This document shows positions 24,962 to 34,991 of a DNA stretch of 64,000 nt, one piece after another. The notes under the pieces are model-generated. The model did no database searches. It was not told the origin of the DNA and saw only the letters and a list, made by a program, of their open reading frames with translations. Position numbers and translations under genes: made by a program. Position 1 is the first letter of the stretch. Each line of letters starts with the position of its first letter. Source of the stretch: Schmidtea polychroa (lineage: Eukaryota); assembly GCA_044892525.1 (NCBI GenBank), contig CM097885.1:23126001-23190000 (forward strand), written 5' to 3'.

Positions 24962-27900
24962 CTATATACGTGAGTTTGGAGGTCGCTGAGCATTCCAGGC
25001 CTCCACCCACTGTTCCTGCTTGATATTATTTGGTCTTTTTACCCGATGCTGAAAATTTCTGATTCTGGTCATTTCCAGTTCTCCGCGATGCCGTCTATCT
25101 TTGATTATTTTTATTGTTCCCCCCGTTATAATTAAAAATGCCCCTGTTATTATTATTCCGCTGATCCACATCATCTGTTTTACGCTTATAATTTCCGATT
25201 TTTCCTTGTTCGTTATTGTTGATATCGTCTCTGTACTTTTTGGATTACCGCTTTTACTATTTCCTTTTATCATCCCTCGTATCCTTGCTACCTCCTCGTT
25301 CATACCTTCCTTTGCAATCTTTTGTATTTTTTCCATCTCCTCCTCGGATACATAATTGTCCTGATATTTCTCACTGGTTTTCTTGCGCTTTCTTTCCTCA
25401 TCTTTTTCATCATTGATTTTTCTTTTCTTCCCTCTTTTCCCCGGGTATCGTCGACATTCTCTTTCTGGACAGTTTCTCAGGATACAGACCGTATATTCCT
25501 TTGGTGGTTGTTGTTGCGTTACATATTGTAGACAGTTTTCTCCTGGTCCTAGCCTTGAAATACACACTTTGTGCTCTTTTCTTGGTTGAAGCTGTGTTAT
25601 CACTATTTCACCTCCTTTACTCAGGTGTACCTCTTTCCATTTGACTTTTGTTATCTTCTTCCCGTTTCGATGTTGGTACGCTTCTTGTATTCCCACTTCC
25701 GTTATTGGTTCTGCATCTTCATTTTTTAACACTAGTCTCTGATAAGCTCTAGACATACATCTTCCTAATATACACCTTTCTTTTAAATCCCATTCTTCTT
25801 TTAGATCCCATTGTTGCTCTTGTACTTGCTTTTTCTTTTCTTGTTTTAGTTCTTCCTCTTTGTTGTCCTTATTTTCCGTTTCTTTGGCTTCTTTTATCGT
25901 TCTCATTCCTCCCTGGGCTGTTATCATTTCCACCATTGTTAATACGAGTATCATTATCATCATATTTGTCTCCATTTCTTTGTTGGTAAAAAGTAGGCAT
26001 ACCCTCTGTTTTCCAATATTCGTCTTTTCTTCTTGCTTCATTCGGTTTCCCGGGTTATCCTCTTCCTTTTTCGTACTTGCGTTGTTATTTTCTTGATTAT
26101 TCTCCTCTGGTTTCTCGTTCTCTTTATTCCCGTTTCGACTTTTCTCATTATTATCGTCGTCTTTATCGTCTTTATCTTTATCGTCTTTATCTCCCCCGCT
26201 GTCGTTTAAAATGTCGTCCTCGACATTTATATCGTTCAACAATCTGCGATATGCTGTTAGCACTCTATTTCTTGCTAATTTTGCTTCGAATTCGAACTCT
26301 TTTCTGCCTGTTGCTGCATGTCTCTTTCTATTCCATTCTTTTACCAGTTCTCTCAATTGTATCCGACGATGTTTTCCGATTCGCTTTTGTTCGTTTTGAC
26401 TTTGCGTGAATTTGAGGTCTTCCCTGTTTAATACGATCATTATGATTTTCGGAGTGCCTCCTTTTGCTAATGTATTCTTAACCATTGCATTTTCTCCGTT
26501 TTCGTAGAACTCATTTATATTTATTGCATATTTATTGCTTTGTGGTATTTTCCATGTTAACAGTAACTTCATGGCTTCCAAATTTTTCCGTATCGTATTC
26601 CATTGGAACTGTGACGTGTTTTTACAGATATTTTCTACCTCAGTTCTTATAGCATTCTTACAAATGAATCTAATCATTTCCAAGTTTGGTTGTGTTGTTG
26701 CCCAATCCATGGTAGAATTCCCTTCGTTTGATATTTCGTCAAGCCTTGATCCTGATTGATGTAGTATATGTAATGTTTTCGGGTGTATATTTGTTATTGC
26801 TGCATACATCATTGCTGTTTCTCCTTGTTCATTTTTTGCATTAGATTCTTCTCCTAAGTCTCTAAGAATTCTTATGATGGTTATCGCTCTGTTTTCCTTT
26901 GCTGCTAGTATTGCTTGTTGTAATGGTGTTCTTGAATCTTTTGTTGGTATGGTGAACGCTAGTGGTATGAATGTTTTTATTTTACCTATGTCTAAATTTG
27001 TAGTTTGATCTCTTGCGTAGGTGTGTACTGTTTTTATTATTTTTGCCAGTATCGCTTCATCAGATAAATCTAGCATTTCTTCAAAGAACACCTCTTTGGC
27101 TTTGCGTATTATTATCTCTTGGTCTGAGTTTATTATCCTGGCTTTACCTGTCGTTGTTATATCAGTTATTATTTGATCGACTTGTTCCTCAGACTCTCTT
27201 GTTTTTACTTTCTTTATTTTTAACTTTTTCTTGTTTGAACTGTTAATGCGTTCCTCCGCCGTTAGAACTTGAATAATACTGAGGTAAGTTTCTCGAATGT
27301 TATTCATATTTTCCATCATATATAAAACACTCACGGTTTCCCAATATTTTACTTGTACTTTATCGGTGAATTGCGATATGGATTTTTCAAAATTAGTAAT
27401 TCGCTTTCTGATCAGGTGTTCGTCTTTATGGTTTGAGAGTTTTATACCTCGCTGTAATAGTTGATTTGGGATTTCAAATAGGTGATGTCCTCTCATTGCT
27501 TCTCTCATCAAGGTGTTTTCTCCTTTGGTAAATGTTTCGTTTATGTCTACCATATAATCGTTTTTCATCGGGTTTCTCCACGAAATTAGTACACTAGTAA
27601 TTGATATTAATTTCCCTTTGATAGCGGTTAATAGCCCGTCGTACATGTTTCCTATTTCTCTGTTATCCTCGTATGACAATAGGTCTACTAAGGTTATGAA
27701 TGCTTCGGTGCTTTTTCCTTCGATTGCATGATGTAGTGCATTTTTCTGATCGTGGTCTTGTGTGGTTATCTTTGATCCGGTTTCTAGTAATGCTATTATG
27801 ATATCCTTAGTTTTATCTCGATTTGCTGCTATCATTAGTGGAGTATAACCTTGATTGTTTTCTTGATCTGTCGAAATGTTACAATCGCGGAATGCTTCAA

Positions 27901-30900
27901 TTGTTTCTAGTATTTGTTCATTATTACCCACCTTTAAAAGCTTGTGCAGTGGTGTATCTCCGTAGTGGTCTGTGATCGTGAATAATATAGGCCATTGGCT
28001 TTTAACTACCCTGAGCAATGGGTGTGTTCTTTCTCGATTTGCATAGTTTTCTATCATTGTTAGCAGACCGCCCAATATCTCAAAATCTAATCTATCTTTT
28101 GCCCATCCGGGTATTTTAGTTTTTACCTCTTTCATGATTTTCTCGGCTTCTGATGGTTGTAGTCCCAATCGATTGCTTGTTGGTTCGTTTATCTGTTGTA
28201 ACATATTTATTCTATATGTTTGTGATCTTGTTGTTAATGTACGTCCTTCCGGCTGACTGGTGGCTGTTTTCGGTATTGGCTTACATCGCGCCACATTTAC
28301 ATATATTGGCCTTGTAAAGGGATTGTTTACCAATCGTACTCTCACATTGGTTTCTCCGACGAATAGAATCTCATACGGACCTTTGCCGTTTCGTTGCAAT
28401 TTCTTGGTGGTTCCTGGGATCAATTCTGGCGTTTCAATCATCACCCAATCACCGGTTTGAAATGTATGTTGTTTAACGTTTTTCTTTCTATCATGCAGAT
28501 CTTTGTAACTTTCCTGATAAAACTTTATATTCAACCCTGCAGTTTCCCAGATTTCCTGCATTCTTTCCTTGAACTTGGTTACATAATCATCTATTTCCAT
28601 ATATTGAGATATGGGTGGCTGATACTCCAAGTCCATTGGAATATTACATTCTCTGCCGTACATCAACTTGAACGGACTCATCTTTGTGGACGCGTGAATT
28701 GACATTCTGTAAGCCATTAAACATAATTTTATATACTCATCCCAATCCCGTTGATGACGATCGACATAATTTGATAACATTTGAATCAATGTTCCATTGA
28801 ATCTTTCTGTCATACCATTTGTTTGTGGATGATATGGTGATGTTCTTAATTTTGCAATCTTGAAGTAATTGGTTACTTCGCTCATTATTTCACTCATGAA
28901 ATTTGTTCCTTGATCGGTCAGTATTTGTTTCGGCGTTCCATATCGACAACATATTTCCTCTACTAATAGTTTTGCTATTGTTTTGGCTTTCTGATCTGCC
29001 ATGGCGAACGCTTCGGGGAATTTCGTCAAATAATCTGTGATCACCAATATATATATATTCCCTCTATCTGATTCTGGTAGTGGACCGACTACGTCCATAG
29101 ATATCATTGTCATTGGTTCTGCTGGTACTGGCATTGGTTTTAATGGTACCTTCCATTTTGTTCCCGTGTTCTTTCTGGTTGCGCAAGTTATGCAATTTTT
29201 TACCCATTCCGTTACGTCTTCAGTCAATGTAGGCCAAAAATACTTTTGTTTCATTCGTGCTAACGTCTTTTTTGATGACATATGTCCTCCGAGTCTTCCG
29301 TCATGGTATTGTGTTAGCAAATCTTTACGTCTATTCTCTGGAATACACATTAGTCTTTTATCACCATCCATTATCAATAACCAATCCTTTTCTATTATAT
29401 ATCGATGTCGATGTTTATCCATATGCTCTTTCAGTTTTTGATCTTTCTCATATACCTCTGCTTTCCCTGTTTTCACATATTCAATGATTTGCTTCAACTC
29501 TGCATCCTCTTGTTGGTCTTTTCGTAATTGGCAAAAATCTAAATCTTCCGCTACCATCAGACATATCCGTTGCATTTCGTGATCTACTAAATCTGGAAAG
29601 ATAAATCTTGACATACAATCTGCATTTGCATTTGCTCTTCCTGCTTTGAACTTTATGAACGGTGAATATTCTTGTAACTGCATTGCCCATCGCATTAATC
29701 TGCTTGAAGCTTCTTTGTGCTGTCCGAGCCATACTAATGGTTGATGATCAGTGGTTATGCATATTTCGTGACCCCACAACAAATATCGAAAATGCTTAAT
29801 CGCTTGTATTATTGGTAGCGCTTCTCTCTCTGTTACTGAATAGTTTTTCTCATGCTTTTTAAACGTTCTGCTGTAATAGCCGATTACTCTTTCTTTTCCT
29901 TCCTCATCTAGTTGTCCCAATATTGCTCCGGCTGCATATCCACTTGCATCTGTGGCTAATAAAAACGGTTTCTTGAAATCCGGATGTACTAGTATTGGGG
30001 CTTCAATTAATTTATCTCGCAATGTTTCAAAGGCTTTTTGCTGTTCTGCTCCCCAGATAAATGAAATGTCTTTTTTCACTAATTCCTGGATTGGTTTCGC
30101 AATACTTGCATAATTTTTAATGAATTTCCGATAATATCGGCATAATCCGAGGAATTCTTGAACTTGGGTGACAGTTTTCGGTGCTGGACAGGTTTTTATT
30201 TTTTCTATATTTCTTGGATCGGGTTCTTTGCCTTTTGCTGACACTATGTGTCCTAAAAACGTAACTTTCTCTTTTGCCCAATCACATTTTGATGGTTTGA
30301 ATTTCAACTTCCATTGTCGCAATCGAATGAACACGTTTCTGATATCTTCCAAATGTTGTTCGAATGTAGCTGAATATATTAATAAATCATCAATATATAC
30401 CATGCACTGCTTGATCCCGTGCGTGACAAAATTCATGCACCTCTGAAATGATGCTGGGGCATTGGTCAGTCCAAATGGCATTTTCCTGAATTGATACAGA
30501 TCTCGACCCAATGTGAAGGCTGTTTTCTCTTTGTCCTCCTCCTTGACTTTGATCTGCCAATATCCGCTCTTTAGATCTAAAGACGTAAAATATGCGGCCC
30601 CCTGTAGCATAAGCAACATCTCATTGATGTCTGGTAGTGGGTATGTATCTCTTTTCGTTACTGCATTTAGCTTCCGATAATCGATGCAAAATCTCTGGGT
30701 ACCGTCGTTTTTCTTCACCATGACTACCGGAAATTGCCATGGTGAACAACTTGGTTCGATCACTTTTGCATCCAACATCTTTTGTACTTCTGCTTCCGCT
30801 ATCTCTTTTTGTTTTTCCGCTAGTTTGTATGGGCGTAATGCAATCGGGGTTTCGTCTATTAAGCGTATTGCGTGTAATGTGACATCGCATGCTCCCAAAT

Positions 30901-31072
30901 CTAAATCCGAAATAGCGAATATATCTTTATATTCTATTAATAATTGTTGGAGTTTTCCCCTTTCATTCTCTGTTAGCAAGGTACTATCAATTATCCATAA
31001 TTCGTCATCTGTGGTTGATTCGTTCGTGGCTTTTGGTAACTCGATATCCATCATGGGTGTTAATCTACCCAA
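24962..31072 (-). CDS. pol: 2036-aa polyprotein: RT - RNase H - integrase - ankyrin repeats - internal hydrophobic segment - FN3-like domain - C-terminal transmembrane helix
   Basis: RT: RFCIDYRKLN, LDLKSGYWQI, MPFGLTNAP, YIDD (30386-30397). RNase H: TDASG, YYSR, TDHQPL. Integrase: HHCC, DVV/TDQG/TERF, GPY. Ankyrin: GDTPLH, GYTPLMIAA, KNALHHAI, RTPLQQAI, GETAMMYAA. FN3-like: ITQLQPRKEHKVCI. TM: MMWISGIIITGAFLIITGGTIKII. The ORF-track start is a TTG, and the frame continues upstream past one TAA at 31175-31177. Confidence 0.95.
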   Translation of the reverse strand: MGRLTPMMDIELPKATNESTTDDELWIIDSTLLTENERGKLQQLLIEYKDIFAISDLDLGACDVTLHAIRLIDETPIALRPYKLAEKQKEIAEAEVQKMLDAKVIEPSCSPWQFPVVMVKKNDGTQRFCIDYRKLNAVTKRDTYPLPDINEMLLMLQGAAYFTSLDLKSGYWQIKVKEEDKEKTAFTLGRDLYQFRKMPFGLTNAPASFQRCMNFVTHGIKQCMVYIDDLLIYSATFEQHLEDIRNVFIRLRQWKLKFKPSKCDWAKEKVTFLGHIVSAKGKEPDPRNIEKIKTCPAPKTVTQVQEFLGLCRYYRKFIKNYASIAKPIQELVKKDISFIWGAEQQKAFETLRDKLIEAPILVHPDFKKPFLLATDASGYAAGAILGQLDEEGKERVIGYYSRTFKKHEKNYSVTEREALPIIQAIKHFRYLLWGHEICITTDHQPLVWLGQHKEASSRLMRWAMQLQEYSPFIKFKAGRANANADCMSRFIFPDLVDHEMQRICLMVAEDLDFCQLRKDQQEDAELKQIIEYVKTGKAEVYEKDQKLKEHMDKHRHRYIIEKDWLLIMDGDKRLMCIPENRRKDLLTQYHDGRLGGHMSSKKTLARMKQKYFWPTLTEDVTEWVKNCITCATRKNTGTKWKVPLKPMPVPAEPMTMISMDVVGPLPESDRGNIYILVITDYLTKFPEAFAMADQKAKTIAKLLVEEICCRYGTPKQILTDQGTNFMSEIMSEVTNYFKIAKLRTSPYHPQTNGMTERFNGTLIQMLSNYVDRHQRDWDEYIKLCLMAYRMSIHASTKMSPFKLMYGRECNIPMDLEYQPPISQYMEIDDYVTKFKERMQEIWETAGLNIKFYQESYKDLHDRKKNVKQHTFQTGDWVMIETPELIPGTTKKLQRNGKGPYEILFVGETNVRVRLVNNPFTRPIYVNVARCKPIPKTATSQPEGRTLTTRSQTYRINMLQQINEPTSNRLGLQPSEAEKIMKEVKTKIPGWAKDRLDFEILGGLLTMIENYANRERTHPLLRVVKSQWPILFTITDHYGDTPLHKLLKVGNNEQILETIEAFRDCNISTDQENNQGYTPLMIAANRDKTKDIIIALLETGSKITTQDHDQKNALHHAIEGKSTEAFITLVDLLSYEDNREIGNMYDGLLTAIKGKLISITSVLISWRNPMKNDYMVDINETFTKGENTLMREAMRGHHLFEIPNQLLQRGIKLSNHKDEHLIRKRITNFEKSISQFTDKVQVKYWETVSVLYMMENMNNIRETYLSIIQVLTAEERINSSNKKKLKIKKVKTRESEEQVDQIITDITTTGKARIINSDQEIIIRKAKEVFFEEMLDLSDEAILAKIIKTVHTYARDQTTNLDIGKIKTFIPLAFTIPTKDSRTPLQQAILAAKENRAITIIRILRDLGEESNAKNEQGETAMMYAAITNIHPKTLHILHQSGSRLDEISNEGNSTMDWATTQPNLEMIRFICKNAIRTEVENICKNTSQFQWNTIRKNLEAMKLLLTWKIPQSNKYAININEFYENGENAMVKNTLAKGGTPKIIMIVLNREDLKFTQSQNEQKRIGKHRRIQLRELVKEWNRKRHAATGRKEFEFEAKLARNRVLTAYRRLLNDINVEDDILNDSGGDKDDKDKDDKDDDNNEKSRNGNKENEKPEENNQENNNASTKKEEDNPGNRMKQEEKTNIGKQRVCLLFTNKEMETNMMIMILVLTMVEMITAQGGMRTIKEAKETENKDNKEEELKQEKKKQVQEQQWDLKEEWDLKERCILGRCMSRAYQRLVLKNEDAEPITEVGIQEAYQHRNGKKITKVKWKEVHLSKGGEIVITQLQPRKEHKVCISRLGPGENCLQYVTQQQPPKEYTVCILRNCPERECRRYPGKRGKKRKINDEKDEERKRKKTSEKYQDNYVSEEEMEKIQKIAKEGMNEEVARIRGMIKGNSKSGNPKSTETISTITNKEKSEIISVKQMMWISGIIITGAFLIITGGTIKIIKDRRHRGELEMTRIRNFQHRVKRPNNIKQEQWVEAWNAQRPPNSRI

Positions 31073-31540
31073 TCGTTCATTTTCATATATGATTTTATCT
31101 TCTTCCTCGAAATTCGTGATGTTGATTGGTATTTCTCCTTCTTCATTTATCGTTATTATTTCTCGTGCTAATGGTTATTCTCGTCTTTTTTCGAATGATT
31201 TACTTGGTTCAAAGATAGCTTCTCCTTCCATTCCCCATACAATTCTTCGTGGAATATAATTACCCATCAACCCATAGTTTTCGTCGATTTTAAATTATCT
31301 ATTTGGGGTAGTAACAATTATCTATATGGTCGTATAAATTATCTATAGTTATTACTTATAATATCGATAGGTCGTTGTCGGTTGCTGCTTATTACCCCCC
31401 TTATTTCCTTAATCCTTTTACGCGGTTCCGCTATTTTACTTAATCTTTCGTCTCTGTTTCCCCTTACTCGGTTCTAATCTGAACCAAAAGTCAAACTCGT
31501 TTAACCGGTTTAAACCACAAAAATCTGTAGAACTCCGTCT

Positions 31541-31550
31541 ACTCACCTGG
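31541..31550 (-). promoter_or_regulatory. Consensus 5' splice donor CAG|GTGAGT upstream of pol (candidate major splice donor)
   Basis: The plus strand reads ACTCACCTGG; this is a perfect donor consensus in a non-coding leader. Its function is inferred. Confidence 0.45.
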
Positions 31551-31809
31551 CGTCCCCTTTAATCAATTAATTATTTCTTCTTTATTCATTATCTAATCAC
31601 ACTTATTCTTTATTTTCAATTATCTTAATTCCTTTTCCTTTTCTGTTTCTCCGTTTCCACTAAAAGAATTTTACTATCATCTTCTACCAGCTCGTTTAAT
31701 CCTCTCTAAATTCGAATTCTCATATCCAAATTCAATTCATTTCTAACTAGCTTAATATCCTATCTCATTATCAACTTAGATACTATCCAATCATTTTCTA
31801 GGCCTTTAC

Positions 31810-32208
31810 GACTGGCTGGCACTTTTCACCAGCTCAGTTTCAAATTCCTTGACCGGCTGGACTTCTCGACAGCTCGGCCTTAATATCTCCGACTGGCTGG
31901 ACTTTTCACAGCTCAGTTTCAAATTCCTTGACCGGCTGGATTCTCGACAGCTCGGCCTTAATATCTCCGACTGGCTGGACTTTTCACAGCTCAGTTTCAA
32001 ATTCCTTGACCGGCTGGACTTCTCGACAGCTCGGCCTTAATATCTCCGACTGGCTGGACTTTTCACAGCTCAGTTTCAAATTCCTTGACCGGCTGGACTT
32101 CTCGACAGCTCGGCCTTAATATCTCCGACTGGCTGGACTTTTCACAGCTCAGTTTCAAATCCCTTGACCGGCTGGACTTCTCGACAGCTCGGTCTTAATA
32201 TCTCCGAT
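31810..32208. repeat. Tandem array of a 79-bp unit (~5 copies; each unit has two related ~40-bp halves)
   Basis: GCTCAGTTTC recurs at 31832, 31911, 31989, 32068 and 32147. Confidence 0.93.
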
Positions 32209-32788
32209 TCAGCATGCTTCCACTTCTATCCTATCTTTATTCTAGACTGTCATTTTCCTACTTTTACTTTTTATTTGTCGACCTAATCTGTGCCGCTTGA
32301 GAGTGTTTCCCCTTTCCCCCCTTGCTCAAAACGCAAAACGATCGCATTGATCCATTTCCACATTAGTATGGTGATCAGCCATACCGCAGAAACTTTTCAA
32401 TATTCGCGATGGTACCTCGCCTTACATCTCTTCCTCGGGGTGATCGGTTATCCCTTCCCAAACAGTTTTTCAAATATCGTACCTCCCGAAGGTGGCTCGG
32501 TTTATTCCCCCTTTAATCTTATGGTGGGACTAGTTCCACTTTATATAATCAAATTGAATTTTTAAATACCCTTTCTTCATGGTGAAAATTATGATATAAC
32601 AAATCGAATTATAGCTACGCAAAAATGAAATAAACACACAAAATGATTTATTGATTATTCAGCTCATACTACATGCGATATATGATACTCTTATTAAAAC
32701 ATTAACCAATCAAATCAAAAAAAATTAAAATGTTTAGTCTTAATTGTTCAATTCAGCCAAATTCTCCTCACCGAGTGACGATCGCGTG

Positions 32789-33253
32789 TTAGTGGAAGTA
32801 TACCGTGTGTGTCTCTTTTATCACACACGCACATAAAGAACAATGGGTTAAGTTGGCGACGCATTCATCACAATGGCTTAGGTGTCCGCAAGGTAATATC
32901 AACATTCTGCCAGGTCGTGTCTTACAAATATTACACCCTAACCCTTCAATCAAGACTCGTATCCTCTTAGATAAAGTTTTTACTTGCTCGCGTATTCTTA
33001 TGTATTCGATATTCAAGACGGGATCGTCAAGACGTTGCTGAAGCCATTGGTAATGAATAGACAAGTCGGTGTTGGTATTTGTTGATCCTAATCTGTCGGT
33101 TAGAAAGTTTTGTTTGGATATCAGCGGTGCGTTGTGGCGTTGTTGCTCTAAGAGTTCTATTTGTTTCAGTTTCTCTTTTAATGTCTTTATTGAGTCGTTT
33201 TCTATATCGATGAATCTGCTTAGCTGTTGTAGATGTTGCCTAGCTTCTGACAT
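32789..33253 (-). CDS. Cargo ORF: 154-aa coiled coil plus C-terminal IAP/MDM2/MYLIP-type C3HC4 RING (probable E3 ligase)
   Basis: CNICKTRPGRMLILPCGHLSHCDECVANLTHCSLCACVIKETHTVY matches the IAP-class RING spacing, with the RING at the extreme C-terminus. No BIR seen. Confidence 0.85.
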   Translation of the reverse strand: MSEARQHLQQLSRFIDIENDSIKTLKEKLKQIELLEQQRHNAPLISKQNFLTDRLGSTNTNTDLSIHYQWLQQRLDDPVLNIEYIRIREQVKTLSKRIRVLIEGLGCNICKTRPGRMLILPCGHLSHCDECVANLTHCSLCACVIKETHTVYFH

Positions 33254-33673
33254 ATCTGAATAAATGTATGGTTATTATTTGTTCCTACTGGTATTATCAA
33301 TAATACTATTATGTTTGCATTTAATAATCGTTTATCTTTCATTTGTTATCGTTTCTAGCTTTTGTATTTTATTTAATCTTTAACAATCCCTCCGTCGTAT
33401 TTTCGACTTTAATCATTTAATTAAAATTAAAACAAAAATAACTAATTCCCGTTTTCTTTTCTCATCATACTCAATCATGTTCCTTCATACTCCTTTAGAC
33501 TCGTTTTCATTCATGCATACTCTATTCAAACACATATAGTTCGTATTGTCCTTCTGTCACACGATAAAATCAAATCAATTTAGTTGGGTCCCGATTCTAT
33601 TTATCATAATCCATTAAATCACTCAACCAACACATCATGACACAATAATAGGCCATCAAAACAAATCAAATTC

Positions 33674-33691
33674 ATCCCGGCTGAGCCCCCA
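33674..33691 (-). promoter_or_regulatory. Primer-binding site, tRNA-Pro-like (TGGGGGCTCAGCCGGGAT)
   Basis: 18 nt resembling the complement of tRNA-Pro 3' ends, 7 nt inside the 5' LTR boundary. Confidence 0.75.
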
Positions 33692-34229
33692 AAAATCATG
33701 TTGGCGTATGTGGGGAAAAGAAAATATACATGCATATCATACACATCAAGCATCATGATTCCGCTCAGGCCATTCCCGCACACACTCCAGATGATCATTC
33801 ACAAATTCCCACGTATGAGCCCGTGGTGATGTTCCACGTTGGTGCTGCTCACACGGGTTGGAAAAAGTCAGCAGGTGAGCCCCTGTCTTAGGACTACTCC
33901 TAACCCTTTCTCGGTTCGGGTTCCATGGCGCCCTAGAAGGTCTTACCCGGTTCTTCGCACAAAAATTCAGTCCGACCCTGGTCCAAGGGGACGACATTTA
34001 AGCCTCTACTACGCTTTCAGGATCCTGCTCTTCCGCAATTCAACCATAGCAATGCATACATTCAATTAGCACAATCAAAGAAAATAGAACAGTTGTATTA
34101 TATCGGAACATTAAGATACATCCATCATTATGTAAATAAATATAAAACAGTAAAGATTAGGCACAAGATAACGTCAATTTTTCAAGTTTATTCGTAATAG
34201 CAGAGAATCGAGACCCGAGAAGAAATTTA

Positions 34230-34991
34230 CTACGAGAATGCTTCTCCTTCTGCAAGCATCTCGTCGATGTCAACCGGCAATCGTTGGTTGGAAAGGTACT
34301 TAATGCCTTCTGCCGGAACGATGCGAAAGATTTCCTTTGTGGGAATTGAGTGACTAGACGATATCTCTTTTATGGTGGATTTGGCTGCAGATAGTGACGC
34401 TTCGAGTGCAGCCATTGCATCTCGGCGTTTCTGATTTTTCTCGGCTCGGGTTGGCCGTTTTCGTTTGCGAGATGGCGGAGGGTTGTCCGTGTTCGAGGTG
34501 ACGACGGGAGCCACTAGGATTGGAGCTAAGATGGGATCAGTAGGTCCACCCACCAAAGGTTGATAACCAGATAATGTTGGAGCCGGGACGGGTGGTAGAT
34601 ATGAACCATGTCCTTGGCAGTTTGTGGTGGTCGATTGAGATACCTGATGATGAAGTGGGAAGACGTTGGTATTCTCCAAGACGGGGAATTCCCGTACCCG
34701 CTTGGCCAGTTCCGCCTCCGTATAAACCTTGTGGAGGCCTTCGGACTGGGCTTTAAAAGTCAATCGTTGATTTCGGCTCTCCTCTAGGAGGCTATCTCTG
34801 CGGTGTTCTAGTCGGAGAATCTTACTCCGCTCCTCCTTAATTTGTGGCGGGGAGAACCACGTACCCTCATAGAGATCGATTCTCTTCTTCAATGCCCCGA
34901 TGTATAGGTGAAGTTGTGCTATGTCGGCATTTTTATCCGCACACGAGAAGCACGGTCGAAGTTCCTTAGTGTTGCTGGAAGATGTCGTCAT
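34230..34991 (-). CDS. LTR-encoded 253-aa protein (CxxC plus coiled coil, Pro-rich linker, basic RKRKRPTRAEKNQKRR segment)
   Basis: Intact ORF; homologues at 47747-48508 and 43159-~43913, with mainly synonymous divergence. Confidence 0.85.
   Translation of the reverse strand: MTTSSSNTKELRPCFSCADKNADIAQLHLYIGALKKRIDLYEGTWFSPPQIKEERSKILRLEHRRDSLLEESRNQRLTFKAQSEGLHKVYTEAELAKRVREFPVLENTNVFPLHHQVSQSTTTNCQGHGSYLPPVPAPTLSGYQPLVGGPTDPILAPILVAPVVTSNTDNPPPSRKRKRPTRAEKNQKRRDAMAALEASLSAAKSTIKEISSSHSIPTKEIFRIVPAEGIKYLSNQRLPVDIDEMLAEGEAFS

Noticed and set aside
20117-31259. Many plus-strand hydrophobic ORFs (F/L/S-rich)
   Set aside because: Antisense shadows of the purine-rich minus-strand genes.
31806-32119. 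Short ORFs on both strands over the 79-bp array
   Set aside because: By-products of the repeat; the unit is not a multiple of three and the frames shift each copy.
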